Shown here piece after piece: positions 51,202 through 61,298 of a DNA stretch of 64,000 nucleotides. The translations under genes were made by a program, and so were the position numbers. Under the pieces are notes generated by a model. It made no database searches. It was not told the origin of the DNA and worked only from the letters and a program-made list of their open reading frames with translations. Location of the stretch: contig CAVTTN010000002.1 in the NCBI GenBank assembly GCA_963737655.1, positions 1,568,001-1,632,000 on the forward strand, given 5' to 3'. Source of the DNA: an uncultured Planctomycetota bacterium (GTDB taxonomy: Bacteria > Planctomycetota > Planctomycetia > Isosphaerales > Isosphaeraceae). Numbering within the stretch: position 1 is the stretch's first letter; the number at the start of each line of letters is the position of its first letter.

Positions 51202-52755
51202 TCACGAATTTCCTCCGCCCGACCCGCACGGGCAACCCACGACCAGCCGCAAGTCCTCGCGGCGGAGGCCGCCGAGGGTAATCAGGGCGATCAGGTAGGC
51301 CCCCGCCCCCGCGGCAACCGTCAAGGCCAGGGGCATCCCCCGATCGACCGCAATCCGGCAGGCGGGCACCATCGCCAGGGACGCCAGAGCGGGCCGCAAG
51401 AGGTGGTGGTGCCAGGCCGGCTGCCTCCCCTCTCTCGCCAGGAGACCGTAGCCGGCCGCGACCAGCACACCCCCGATCACCAGGACGGCCGACGAACCGC
51501 CGATCAGCCCGAAATTCCCGCACAGAAACGCCACCAACGGCGCCGACAGGGCCGCGCCCACCAGCAACAATCGCACGCCCACCACTTCGCGATTCAGGGC
51601 GATCAGCGCGGTCTGATAAAGGAACGCCACGGCGAGCAGCGGGGCCCGCCAGATCCCCACCGCCAGCAGGGGGGCGGCCCCGGCATACGGCGAGTCCAGG
51701 AGCGTCCGCACGATCGGGCCGGCGAGCACGGTGGCGCCCACGGCCATGGGCACGAGCCCGATCATGAGGACGCGGACCATGCCGTCCAGGGCGTTCCGGA
51801 CCGATCCCGGCGAGTCCCTCCACGACCGGGCCAGGCCGGGGAAGACGACCTGCTGGAAGATCAGGGAGAAGGCCAGGGCCGCCATCGCCACGCGGTGGGG
51901 GGCGTCGTACAGGCCGACCTCGCCCCAGCCGCTCATCAGGCCGATCACCAGGGCGTCCACCGACCCCAGGACCGCCTGCGCCACCTGGATCAACAGCACC
52001 GGCAACCCCCGGCGGACGGCGACCGCCACGAACCGGCTCCGGCCCAGAGAGGGCCTCGGCCAGCCGTGCTCCCGGACGTAGCAAAACCACACCAGGGCGA
52101 TCCCGGAGACCTCGCCGGCCACCAGGAGCGCGGGGACGCCGACGATCCAGGAGGCGTCCCGGACGACGACCACGACCCCTCCGGCATAGACCAGCGTCCG
52201 GAGGACCAGGGACACCGCCACCAGGCCCATCCTCTCGGAGCCTCGATAGACGAAGTCCAATCCCAGGGCCGTCGTGATCAGGAGGAGGCCGTAAAGCGCG
52301 AACACCGAACGCTCTCGGGGTGCGTCCAGGGCCACGAACACGACCGCGAGGAGCCCCGCGTAAAGCCCCAAAGCCAGGCAGCCCTTGAGGGCCAACAGGT
52401 GATCGACCAGGGGGCGGATCATCCGAGGGTGGCGGGCGATCTCTCGGGCGGCCATGACTTCCAGGCCGTCGCGGACGAGCAAGACGAGCCAGAAGACCAC
52501 GTTGAACGCCAGGGCAATCCGGCCGTTGTTCTCCGGCCCCAGCCGAGAGGCCAGGAGCAGGGTCACGGCCATTGCCACCCCTCGGCAGGCGATCTCGGCG
52601 GCGCTGAGCGCGACGAAGTTCGTTGCCACCCGGCGGAGGGCGGGCCGGTTGGGGGCGGGTTCGAGGTCCAGGCTCGGGCGGGCGGTCGTCTCGGCCGCGG
52701 GGGGGGTGGCGCGACGGAGGCGGACCGGGCGGAACGCTCGGGTCGAGGGGGCCAT
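51202..52755 (-). CDS. Wzx-like oligosaccharide flippase (MOP superfamily)
   Basis: RRVATNFVALSAAEIACR, LASRLGPENNG, VGLYDAPHR; many TM segments. Start uncertain (52755 or 52806). Confidence 0.88.
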   Translation of the reverse strand: MAPSTRAFRPVRLRRATPPAAETTARPSLDLEPAPNRPALRRVATNFVALSAAEIACRGVAMAVTLLLASRLGPENNGRIALAFNVVFWLVLLVRDGLEVMAAREIARHPRMIRPLVDHLLALKGCLALGLYAGLLAVVFVALDAPRERSVFALYGLLLITTALGLDFVYRGSERMGLVAVSLVLRTLVYAGGVVVVVRDASWIVGVPALLVAGEVSGIALVWFCYVREHGWPRPSLGRSRFVAVAVRRGLPVLLIQVAQAVLGSVDALVIGLMSGWGEVGLYDAPHRVAMAALAFSLIFQQVVFPGLARSWRDSPGSVRNALDGMVRVLMIGLVPMAVGATVLAGPIVRTLLDSPYAGAAPLLAVGIWRAPLLAVAFLYQTALIALNREVVGVRLLLVGAALSAPLVAFLCGNFGLIGGSSAVLVIGGVLVAAGYGLLAREGRQPAWHHHLLRPALASLAMVPACRIAVDRGMPLALTVAAGAGAYLIALITLGGLRREDLRLVVGCPCGSGGGNS

Positions 52756-52864
52756 TCCGGTCGTTCGTCTCTTCCCTGAGAGGGGGCCGCGCGGCGTTTC
52801 GTCCATCGGGCCGCGCGGGCGGACGTCTCCTCGCGGCGAAGGCTAGCCGCGATCCGAGGGGCTG

Positions 52865-54343
52865 TCAATCCGGACCAATCGGCGCGCCGACCCCCGAATC
52901 TTGAGGATCGACCGCCGGAGGGGCCTTCCGCCGATCCATTCGACGGAACGCCACCAGCCCGCCCAGGAACAACCCGAGCCCCGCCCCCGCCGCCGCCCCT
53001 CCGAAGAAGACGAGCGGCAAGAGCCACTGGAACTGCCTTGCACCCGTCAACGAGGCCGCGGCGGCCATCCCGAGGAGTCCTCCGAGGAAGAACCCGAGAA
53101 ACAGGCCCAGGAACGGCAGTCCGCCGGCCAGTCCGACTTTCTTCTCGACGACCGCCGGCCCCCGGACGAACCTCCGGGCCAGCGAGGCGCCGACCAGGGC
53201 CGAAACCGCCGATCCGCCCAGCGACAGGACCGGCATCATCAGGAGAGACGCCGGCCCCGGCATCCTCTTGTGAGAGATCATCCACGAAGCAAACAGGGCG
53301 AACCCGCCGAAAAACCCGAAGATCCCCCCCGAACACCCGCCGAGCCCCGCCGCCGCGGCCCGAGATCCCTGCTCGGCCAGGGACCCTCCGGGCCGCGGCG
53401 GGACGATCGGCGACGATTCCGGGCGGTCCCGGGCCCTCTCCAGGGCCTCGGCGATCGTCTCCGCCCGCTCGACCAGCGCCGGACGCTCGCCCGCCGGGAC
53501 GATCCGGCTCTTCGTGGGGATCGGGATCGGAACGCCGTTGAGGCTGATCGAGGCCCCCCCGCCGGACCACCCCCGCCACATCGCCAGGTCTCCTCCTCGG
53601 CACCTCGCCGACCAGCCGGGATCGGAAGCCAGGGCGCGGAGGACCTCCACCGGGAACAGGCGGCGGACGAGCCGATCGTCGATGACTTCCAGGCCGCCCG
53701 GCACGTCGATCCGATAGATCCGGACGAACGCCGAGACCGCTTCGGCGTCGTCGGGACCGAGTCCGGAGGGATCGAACGTCAGCCCCTCGACGCCGGCGAG
53801 CCTCTCGACCCGGGTGAGCAACCCCCGACCGCGAAGCTCGAAGTCCGGCAGCCCGATTCCCGGCAGGAGGACGACCGTCCGGCTCGTGAGCCTCTCCGAC
53901 GTGCCCCCCTCGGAGGACTCCGAGACGTGGCGATCGGTCAGGTCAAAGACCTCGACGTCGAGCCCCCGGGCGGTCCCTCTCAGGCGGTTGTCGGCCGAAT
54001 GCCAGTGGGGAAACAGGGAATCCGGGGCCTCGCCGGCATACTGTTCCGCCAGGTCGTCGGCCCCGTCCACGAACTCCAGGCCGGACGCCTCGCCGATCTC
54101 CCCCACCCCTCGGCGGAGGTTCCGGGCCCGGAGCGCCCGCCACCGGCCGATCGTCCAGCCGAGGGCGGCCCCGGCCGCCACGAAGGCGCCGATCCAGCTC
54201 CACGGGGGGCCCAGTCGGGTCAGCCAGCCCACGTCGTTGACGGTGAAGGACCGATCGAGCTTCCACCAGAGGAACCCGGCCCCGACTGCTCCGGCGACCG
54301 CTTGGGCGATCGGGCTGTTCCGACCCGGGAGAGACAGGCTCAT
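52865..54343 (-). CDS. Hypothetical membrane protein (492 aa)
   Basis: Long GC3-rich ORF with an N-terminal TM pair and Gly-rich C-terminal TM helices. Confidence 0.7.
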   Translation of the reverse strand: MSLSLPGRNSPIAQAVAGAVGAGFLWWKLDRSFTVNDVGWLTRLGPPWSWIGAFVAAGAALGWTIGRWRALRARNLRRGVGEIGEASGLEFVDGADDLAEQYAGEAPDSLFPHWHSADNRLRGTARGLDVEVFDLTDRHVSESSEGGTSERLTSRTVVLLPGIGLPDFELRGRGLLTRVERLAGVEGLTFDPSGLGPDDAEAVSAFVRIYRIDVPGGLEVIDDRLVRRLFPVEVLRALASDPGWSARCRGGDLAMWRGWSGGGASISLNGVPIPIPTKSRIVPAGERPALVERAETIAEALERARDRPESSPIVPPRPGGSLAEQGSRAAAAGLGGCSGGIFGFFGGFALFASWMISHKRMPGPASLLMMPVLSLGGSAVSALVGASLARRFVRGPAVVEKKVGLAGGLPFLGLFLGFFLGGLLGMAAAASLTGARQFQWLLPLVFFGGAAAGAGLGLFLGGLVAFRRMDRRKAPPAVDPQDSGVGAPIGPD

Positions 54344-54479
54344 CGTCCCCTCCGAACACTCGACGATCGCCGCCCGACGGGGAGGGCGAGTTCCAGGGCT
54401 ATTCGTGCCGGAGCCGGCGATCTTCGCTTCTCTCCGGGAAAGAACGGCCGAGGGCGCCCCGACCCCTCCCGGCGGGCCG

Positions 54480-54898
54480 ACAAGCCGTGGCGGGACCCGG
54501 TCGCGATCCGGTTCCAGGCGTTCATGACCGCGATGACCAGGGGCAGCTCCGCCAAGTCCTTGTCGGAGAAGAGCGCCCGGACCTCCTCAGACACCGGGTC
54601 GGGGGCGCCCGTCTGGGGGACTCGGCCCGGGCCAGGGCCGCCCTCTCGCGGTCGTCTCGAACGGGGCCTCCCGCCACACGGGCAGGCAATCCAGCCGTTG
54701 CTGAGGCTCGCCGGCCTTCCTCGCCTCCTCCAAATGCATGTCCAGGCAACAGGAGCACCCGTTGATCTAGGAGACCCGAAGCTTGACCCGGGCCCGGAGC
54801 TTCGGCTCGATCGCCGAGGACTCGATGGAGGGCCGGGTGTCCGCCAGGGCCTTCACCGCGTCCGGGGCGACCTGGAAGTACGCGAGCCGCCGAGTCAT
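54480..54898 (-). pseudogene. Carboxymuconolactone decarboxylase/AhpD-like pseudogene
   Basis: MTRRLAYFQVAPDAVKAL...VKLRVS*INGCSCCLDMH (TAG at 54767-54769 replaces Q), then frame breaks around DDRERAALA, ending IAVMNAWNRI. 3' end approximate. Confidence 0.8.
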
Positions 54899-54958
54899 GG
54901 GACCCCTCCGATCCGCCGACGATCGATCCGCGAAGCCGAGCCCGCGAGGGGCGAGGGA

Positions 54959-55345
54959 TCAGGCGAGGTCCCGAGCCGCGAAGTAGAACCGCCGGTCCCG
55001 GGCGTCGGCGGCGTCCAGGACGGCCTCGACCCGGCGGAGGACGGCCAGAGCCTTCGCCAGCGCCTCGTTCCGGGCCCGGAATTCGGGCCGGTCGTCGGCC
55101 CTCAACCCCTTGTAGAGGGCGATCAGGCCCCGGACCGCCCCCAGCCCCTCGGCGGCCGGCCGCCACCTCTTCTTCTCGAACGGGGCGTACGTGAATGCGC
55201 TCAGGGGCGTCAGGGCCGCCCGGTCAGCGAGGTCGTCGGAATCCAGCCGGGCGAACTCGAAGGGATCGAAGGCCCGGAGGTGGTCGAGGCCGGGGACCGG
55301 CTCATCGAGCATCACGTAGAGCCGCTCGCAACGGAAGTTCGCCAT
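54959..55345 (-). CDS. Hypothetical protein (128 aa)
   Basis: MANFRCERLYVMLDEPVPG...RRFYFAARDLA; GC3-rich C-terminal part of ORF 54959-57154. Confidence 0.65.
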   Translation of the reverse strand: MANFRCERLYVMLDEPVPGLDHLRAFDPFEFARLDSDDLADRAALTPLSAFTYAPFEKKRWRPAAEGLGAVRGLIALYKGLRADDRPEFRARNEALAKALAVLRRVEAVLDAADARDRRFYFAARDLA

Positions 55346-55461
55346 CGGCGGGCCGCCCGCGAGAGAAGGGCCGGACAAAGACGCCCGCGAGGGTATCGCC
55401 GCCCCGGCCCCGACGCAAGGGGGCTGGCGGCGGGCCCGGGGGATCGCCCGCGGGCCGGGGG

Positions 55462-56721
55462 TCAGGCCTCTTCCTTCGGGGCCGGGCCCCGGGTGACGTC
55501 GCGGCCGGCCACGGCCGGCAGGTCGATCGGCCGGCCTTCCCGGGCCGATCGGTAGATCGCCTCGATCAGGCGGAGGTCTTGCAGGCCCTCCTGCCCCGGG
55601 GTGTGGGGGCGCTCGCCCCGGGCGACCCTCTCGGCCATGTGGTCCATCTCCAGGGCGAACTGGTCGACCTCGCCGAGGCGGACCTCGGTGATCAGGTCGG
55701 CCCGGTCGCGGGCCTTCGCGGTCCTCATCCTCAACCCGCCGTAGGAGAAGGCCGGGTCCAGGTCGATCCAGCCGCGCTCGCCCAGGATGCGGAGCGTCCT
55801 GGATTCGTGGGCCGAATAGAACGACCGGCCCGAGGCCAGGACGCCCGAGGGGAACGTCAGCTCGAAGCTGATCCGGTCCTCGACCTCGCGGAAGCGGGGG
55901 TCGGCCGGGTCGGTCAGGGTCCGGGCCGAGACCTGGGTCGGCTCCTCGCCCGTGATGGAGCGGAAGGCGTTCAGGCAATAGATGCCGACGTCCGGCAGCG
56001 ACCCGCCGCCGGCCAGGGCCTTCTTGTGCCGCCACTGGCCGGCGGGCCCCTGGTTCTGGCCGTTGGACGCCTCGATCAGCCTCACCGGGCCGATCTCGCC
56101 GGAGCGCGCCAGGCGGATGGCCTCGCGGTGGTGGGGCTCGTACTGGCAGCGATAGGCGATCATCAGGTGGCGCTTCGCGGATTCGCACGCGGCGATCATG
56201 GCCTCGCAGTCGGCCGGGGTGGTCGCCATCGGCTTCTCGCAGAGGACGTGCTTGCCCGCCTTCGCCGCGCGGATCGTGAACTCCGGGTGCATGCTGTTGG
56301 GCAGGACGATGTACACGACCTCGACGGCCGGGTCGTCGGCGAGGCGGTCGAAGGTCTTGTAGTCGTGGAGACGATCCGGGGCGATCCCGTACTGGGCGGC
56401 GACCGCCTCGGCCTTCGCCCGGTCCCCGCTGACCATCGCCACGGGACGGGCGAGCTTGCTCCGGCCGAAGGCGGGGAGGATCTGGCCGAGGGCCAGCTCC
56501 CCCAGGCCCACGATGGCGAAGCCCATCCTCTTCTCGGGGGGCACGGGGGCCGGCGGAGGCCCGGCCTGGGCCTCGGTGGTCGCCTTCATCGTCGGGATCG
56601 CGACGGGCGACGGGGGCCGCCCGGGCCCCGGGCCTTGCGGAGGAGGGGTCGCCACGGCGGTCAGCGCCCCGGCCGCCAGGAACTGGCGGCGGGTGGCGCC
56701 TCGGCTCTCTTCGTCGGACAT
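55462..56721 (-). CDS. Gfo/Idh/MocA oxidoreductase (glucose-fructose oxidoreductase-like) with Tat signal
   Basis: TRRQFLAAG, GFAIVGLG, VYIVLPNSMH, GKHVLCEKPMA, GGGSLPDVGIY. Confidence 0.93.
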   Translation of the reverse strand: MSDEESRGATRRQFLAAGALTAVATPPPQGPGPGRPPSPVAIPTMKATTEAQAGPPPAPVPPEKRMGFAIVGLGELALGQILPAFGRSKLARPVAMVSGDRAKAEAVAAQYGIAPDRLHDYKTFDRLADDPAVEVVYIVLPNSMHPEFTIRAAKAGKHVLCEKPMATTPADCEAMIAACESAKRHLMIAYRCQYEPHHREAIRLARSGEIGPVRLIEASNGQNQGPAGQWRHKKALAGGGSLPDVGIYCLNAFRSITGEEPTQVSARTLTDPADPRFREVEDRISFELTFPSGVLASGRSFYSAHESRTLRILGERGWIDLDPAFSYGGLRMRTAKARDRADLITEVRLGEVDQFALEMDHMAERVARGERPHTPGQEGLQDLRLIEAIYRSAREGRPIDLPAVAGRDVTRGPAPKEEA

Positions 56722-56784
56722 GCCCATCCCTTTCGGTCGAGGGGCCGGGCGGAAGGTGGGGGCTTCGCGGGGACGGGAGGGGCC

Positions 56785-57096
56785 TCAGCCCTTCGCCTCG
56801 CGGTTCTTCTTGCGGGTCGCGGCGGCCTTCTTCGCCGAGGCCGAGCGTTGCTCGGGCGTCCGGGCGGCCGAGGCCGCGCCCCCCGTCTTGCCGCCCTTCT
56901 TGCTGGAGACGTGGGTGTCGGGCACGCCTCGGCCGCCGCCGGACTTGTTCCCTCCGCCGGATTCCTTGTTGACCGTCGCCCACGCCCGCTTCTCGGCCTC
57001 GGACTCGGGGACGCCCCGGGTCTCGTAGCTCTCGGCGATGTGCTCGGCCTTGCGCTTCTGCTTGTCGGTGTACTTCGACTTGTCGCCCCTGGGCAT
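56785..57096 (-). CDS. Small basic stress-type protein (often annotated plasmid stabilization protein; KGG motif)
   Basis: MPRGDKSKYTDKQKRKAEHIAESYE...EAEKRAWATVNKESGGG...KKGG. Confidence 0.85.
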   Translation of the reverse strand: MPRGDKSKYTDKQKRKAEHIAESYETRGVPESEAEKRAWATVNKESGGGNKSGGGRGVPDTHVSSKKGGKTGGAASAARTPEQRSASAKKAAATRKKNREAKG

Positions 57097-57214
57097 GGCA
57101 ACACCCTCTCGCATCTCCAACGGTTCGGGTCCTCAAGGCCGCGATCGACCGCATCAGGCAAATCGGATGCCACGGCCCGTGACCCGCCCAAGACCTCGGC
57201 GGGCTCCGGCCGGT

Positions 57215-58210
57215 TTACGGGGCTTCGTTCGGGCATCCTCCGGGGGCGCAGGGGAGGAGGAAGTCGGTGATGGCTTGCGCGAGGGCCTCGGGGTGGGTGA
57301 AGTGGGGCTGGTGGCCGACCAGGGGCATGAGCACCCCTTTGGCGTGGGGCAGTCCGGCGAGGAGCTCGTCGTAATACTTGCGGGCGACCAGGCGGTCTTC
57401 GTTGCCCTGGAGCAGGAGGATTTCGCCGGTGATTTCGGGCAAGATCGGCCGGAGGTCCAGCCGGCCGAGGATGTCCAGCCTCCGGGCCAGGGGGGCGATG
57501 GGGGTCAGGCCGGTCTGCTGGGCGTAGTAATCCCAGCGGTCGGCCAGGAGGCTCGGGAAGTTGACCTTGTGGTTCAGGGCCAGGATGGTGTCGTGCAACG
57601 GGAGGCCGCCGACCCGCCCGGGGAACAGCCGGCCGAGCCTCAGCGCCATCTTCTCGCTGAAGGCGAACGACCGGCGGGCGAAGGCCCCCTGCAAGACGGC
57701 CTTCGGGAACCGTCGGGGCTCGCGATGGAGCACCTTCAGGACGACCGTCGAGCCGAACGAGGGGCCGTAGAAGAACGCCCGGCCGAGGTTCAGGTGGTCG
57801 ATCAGGCCGAAGACGTCGTCCACGAGGTCGTCGTGAGTGATCTGGCCGAGCCTCGCGCCGTCGTCGGGCTGGTCGCCGGGATAGTCGTAAAGGATCGTCT
57901 GGAACCGGGCTGCCAGGCGGTTCAGCATCAAACAATAGCCGCGATACGTGGAGGCGACGCCGGGGCAGACGATCAGGGGGGGCCCTTCGCCCAGGACGCG
58001 ATAGGTCATCCGGTATCGCGGGCCGTCCCAGACGGAGGACGTCGCCTCGCGATCGTAGAGTTCGACTTCCTTGCGGAAGTCGGCCGGGGCGGGGCAGGGG
58101 GATCTCGGAGGGGATTCGACTTCGCCCTCGGCGACGGCCTCCGCCTCGGCGGCGGCCGTCGCGACTTCGGGCCCTTCGGCCTCGATCGGGGCTTCGTTCG
58201 TCGGGTTCAT
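57215..58210 (-). CDS. Alpha/beta hydrolase fold protein
   Basis: LGEGPPLIVCPG, GPSFG nucleophile elbow, QGNEDRLV, GHQPH. Start uncertain. Confidence 0.85.
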   Translation of the reverse strand: MNPTNEAPIEAEGPEVATAAAEAEAVAEGEVESPPRSPCPAPADFRKEVELYDREATSSVWDGPRYRMTYRVLGEGPPLIVCPGVASTYRGYCLMLNRLAARFQTILYDYPGDQPDDGARLGQITHDDLVDDVFGLIDHLNLGRAFFYGPSFGSTVVLKVLHREPRRFPKAVLQGAFARRSFAFSEKMALRLGRLFPGRVGGLPLHDTILALNHKVNFPSLLADRWDYYAQQTGLTPIAPLARRLDILGRLDLRPILPEITGEILLLQGNEDRLVARKYYDELLAGLPHAKGVLMPLVGHQPHFTHPEALAQAITDFLLPCAPGGCPNEAP

Positions 58211-58298
58211 GGGAGGTGGATCTCGGTCGGTCGTTGTGTCGGGCGGATGCAACCCGCCATCCTTCTACGATCGAATCCGCCCGGCGGGGCGCACCGCC

Positions 58299-59558
58299 CT
58301 ACACAACTCCGCACGTCGTGCTGTAGGCCATGCTGGCGAAGGTCACGCAGCAGGTGCGCTCGGGGTTGACGGCCTGGTCGTACTTCAGCAGGGTCCCGGA
58401 GGCCGGGCCCATCGCGTGGAGCATGGTATACGTGGCGGCGAGGCCGCAGACCCTCCAGCGGTTCTCGACCTCGGCGGCCGTGCGGAACCAGCCGGCCGGG
58501 TCGGCCGCCGAGGCGCGGTCGAGCATCGCCTGGTCGAACCGGCGGACCTGGGCCAGGGTGGCGTCATCGACCCGGCGGGGGTCGCCGAACTCCGGGCCCA
58601 CGTGCGCCAGGTCAATCCCGCCGATGTACGCGACCTTCTTGCCCGACGCCGCCTCGGCCGCCCTCAGAGCCTCGACGAACCGCCGGACCTCGGGATCGTC
58701 GATCGGCTCGGTGCCGTCGAGGAGGAGGTCGTGGAACGACCCGACGAGGATCGGCACGATCGCCACGTCCGGCCGGTCGGCCAGCAAGTGCTGGAGGAAG
58801 ACGACCTGGAACTCGATCGAATGCTCGGTCCGGTGGGCGAGCTCGTCGTCGAACAGCTCGTCGCCGGCCAGGGCGGCGAGCCGATCGACGAACGGGCGGT
58901 CGGTCCGGGCCAGGCCCAGGGGGGTTTCGAAGTCCTTGCGGGTCAGGGCGAAGCGATTGCGGCAGTATTGATGGGCCACGCCCAGGATCACGAAGATCTC
59001 GGCGTCGGACCGCTCGATCAGCTCGCGATAGGCCCAGGTGTAGACCGGGCCGCCTCGATGGAAGTCGATGTGGGGGCTGAGGATGCCTCGGAGCGGGGCG
59101 TGGCCTTCCGAGGGCCTCCGGCCGCCGATCCGGGGTTCGCCGGCGCCGCGTTCGTGGGCGAAGAGGCCGTCGATCTGGGCCTTCAGGGCGCGGGGCGTCC
59201 CGGCGTAGGAGCGGCCCGCCAGGGCGGCCGGGCGGATGCCGAGCCGGCGGTACTCGTCGCGGAAGGCGCGAAAGGTGGGGCCGTCCAGGACCATCGTGCG
59301 GTCCAGGTGTTCGACCAGGTCTTGCAGCTCCCCCGAGGGGATCAGACGGCCGGTCCTTCTCAGGACGTCGGCCTGGATGTCGGGCAGGGCGGCCGTGCCG
59401 TCGAACCGGCGGACGACCGAGTGGAACCGCTCGGCCGGGATCCTCACCGGAGGGCAGACCAGGCCGAGGGAGTCGTCGAGCTCGACGAACGGCTGGCCCC
59501 GGAGATCGACCCGGCGCGCCTGGATCGGTCGGAGCTTCGGGCGGTCGAGCGTCGCCAT
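58299..59558 (-). CDS. amrB: AmmeMemoRadiSam system protein B (MEMO1 family) with N-terminal extension
   Basis: RPAALAGRSY, ILSPHIDF, EHSIEFQVVFLQ, DLAHVGPEFGD, VCG; ATG 59558 after GGGAGG. Confidence 0.9.
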   Translation of the reverse strand: MATLDRPKLRPIQARRVDLRGQPFVELDDSLGLVCPPVRIPAERFHSVVRRFDGTAALPDIQADVLRRTGRLIPSGELQDLVEHLDRTMVLDGPTFRAFRDEYRRLGIRPAALAGRSYAGTPRALKAQIDGLFAHERGAGEPRIGGRRPSEGHAPLRGILSPHIDFHRGGPVYTWAYRELIERSDAEIFVILGVAHQYCRNRFALTRKDFETPLGLARTDRPFVDRLAALAGDELFDDELAHRTEHSIEFQVVFLQHLLADRPDVAIVPILVGSFHDLLLDGTEPIDDPEVRRFVEALRAAEAASGKKVAYIGGIDLAHVGPEFGDPRRVDDATLAQVRRFDQAMLDRASAADPAGWFRTAAEVENRWRVCGLAATYTMLHAMGPASGTLLKYDQAVNPERTCCVTFASMAYSTTCGVV

Positions 59559-60099
59559 GAATCGCGGCCTCCCCGGCGAGACGAGAGAGGACGCCTTCGG
59601 CGCCGGATCGGTCGGCGATCGGGGCATCCCGGAGGTATTCTCGGGGGGAGCCCGGCCGTCGTCAAGCGGACCGGCGGCCCCCTCGGGGCGGCGAGGCGAT
59701 CAGGGGGAAGGCCGGGGCGGGCGGAGGGGCCTCGTGGGGGGGCTGGGGACGCATGGCCGTGCCTCTCGGTTCCGGGGGAGGGCCTGGATTCGATCCCTTC
59801 GCGGGTCGTGCCCGCGTCTCTCTTCTCTTCTACGACCCGATGCAACCGGCGTTCCGCGATCGGCCCCATGCTCCGGAGTGCCGGGCCCTCGCGGAGTTTA
59901 CGAAAATCGCCGGATCGGTCCGGCCCCCGGTCTTGCCCGGTCGAGGCGCAGCCCCGCCTGGATCGCGGGCTGGCCTAGCCCGATCCGAGGGGGTGTGGTA
60001 AGGTCCGCCGCCGACCCCACGGAGGCCCGGCCCCGTCACGCCTCGTCCGATCGACCGGGACAGGCCCGGCGGGGCCTCGATTCAGGGAGGATGACCCCG

Positions 60100-61272
60100 A
60101 TGATCGCGCTCGGACGGCGACGCTTCCTCGCGCTTGCCCTTGTCTCGCTGCCGATGGCCCTTCTGGCCGCCTCCCCCGCCCGGGGGCAAGACCCGGCGCC
60201 GGGGGGGATGGCCAAGGGCCGCCCCAAGGCCCCGGCGGCGATCAAGGGGGCCGCCGCGCCGGCTCCCGCCGCCGCCGCGCCCAGGGCCGGCGAGGTCCCT
60301 GCCCGGGCGGCCGTCGATCCGGCCGCCGCCCGGCGGATGGATGCGCTGCTTCGCGATTGGGAGCGCCAGAGCTCCCTGATCCACACCCTGACCGTGGCCT
60401 TCAAACGAGTGGAAATCGACCCCGTCTTCGACCGGAAGCACATCTTCAACGGCCGGGCCATGCTCCAGGAGCCCGACGACACGAAGGACGTCGCCGGCAA
60501 GGTCTATCTCGACTTCTACGAGGTCATCAACGGCAAGCCGTCCCCGGCGGTGGACGAGCGGATCGTGGTCGATGGCGAGAAGGTCTTCCATTTCGAGGGC
60601 AAGACCAAGCAGGTCCACGTCTACCCCCTGTCCCGGAACGCCAAGAGGAGGGCCGAGGACCAGGGCCCCCTGCCGTTCCTCTTCCACATGAACGCCCAGA
60701 AGGCCAAGGAGCGCTATGACATGACGCTCCTGAAGGAAGAGAAGCCCGGGACGTACAAGATCCGGATCATCCCGCTCTTGCAGATCGACCGCGACGAGTT
60801 CACCCAGGCGATCGTGGTCCTGGACAAGGAGAGGCTGATGCCGGAGAGCATCCAGCTGACCTCGCCCAACGGCAAGGAGACCAAGACGTTCCTGTTCCAG
60901 CCGAAAGACGTGAAGGCGAACGAGAAAATCCCGGCGGCGTGGTTCGACGGCGAGAAGCAGACCCGGGACGTGAAGGCCGGCGGCAGCGGCTGGACGGTCG
61001 ATGTGAACCCGTCGCCCGACGAGCAGGCCCGGCCCGCCGGCGCGGAAGCCCGCGCGAAGGCGGCGCCCGGGGCCGTCGGCGCCCGCGACCGCGCCCGGGC
61101 TCCGGCCTCGGCGTCCGGCCGACCCAGGGCCAGCCGGCGATGTCCCCGCCGGCCACCCGGCGGCCGTGAGTGCGTTGGCGGTCCGCGGTCCCGGCTCCTC
61201 GGCCCGCCAGGCCGATGGGGCCGTCGGGGGCCCCGTGCCGAGGAAAGCGGACCGCGCCACCTGGCGGTTTGA
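60100..61272 (+). CDS. Exported TIGR03009-like (LolA-fold-like) planctomycete protein
   Basis: GGGAGG RBS; GRRRFLALAL signal; LLRDWERQS, ERIVVDGEKVF, GPLPFLF..AQKAKERY. The C-terminus may be frameshifted (alternative stop 61169). Confidence 0.75.
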   Translation: MIALGRRRFLALALVSLPMALLAASPARGQDPAPGGMAKGRPKAPAAIKGAAAPAPAAAAPRAGEVPARAAVDPAAARRMDALLRDWERQSSLIHTLTVAFKRVEIDPVFDRKHIFNGRAMLQEPDDTKDVAGKVYLDFYEVINGKPSPAVDERIVVDGEKVFHFEGKTKQVHVYPLSRNAKRRAEDQGPLPFLFHMNAQKAKERYDMTLLKEEKPGTYKIRIIPLLQIDRDEFTQAIVVLDKERLMPESIQLTSPNGKETKTFLFQPKDVKANEKIPAAWFDGEKQTRDVKAGGSGWTVDVNPSPDEQARPAGAEARAKAAPGAVGARDRARAPASASGRPRASRRCPRRPPGGRECVGGPRSRLLGPPGRWGRRGPRAEESGPRHLAV

Positions 61273-61298
61273 CTCTCTCCCCCGGCCGGTCTTATAAT
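61269..61298 (+). promoter_or_regulatory. Near-consensus sigma70 promoter
   Basis: TTGACT (61269-61274) - 18 nt - TATAAT (61293-61298). Confidence 0.55.

Noticed and set aside
54767..54769. In-frame TAG as pyrrolysine or readthrough recoding
   Set aside because: It replaces a conserved Gln by a single C>T change, and the gene has additional lesions.
56785..57096. Plasmid stabilization protein plus VirD4 as evidence of an integrated plasmid or ICE
   Set aside because: The small protein is a common chromosomal stress-type family, and no integrase, relaxase, rep gene or att repeats were seen.
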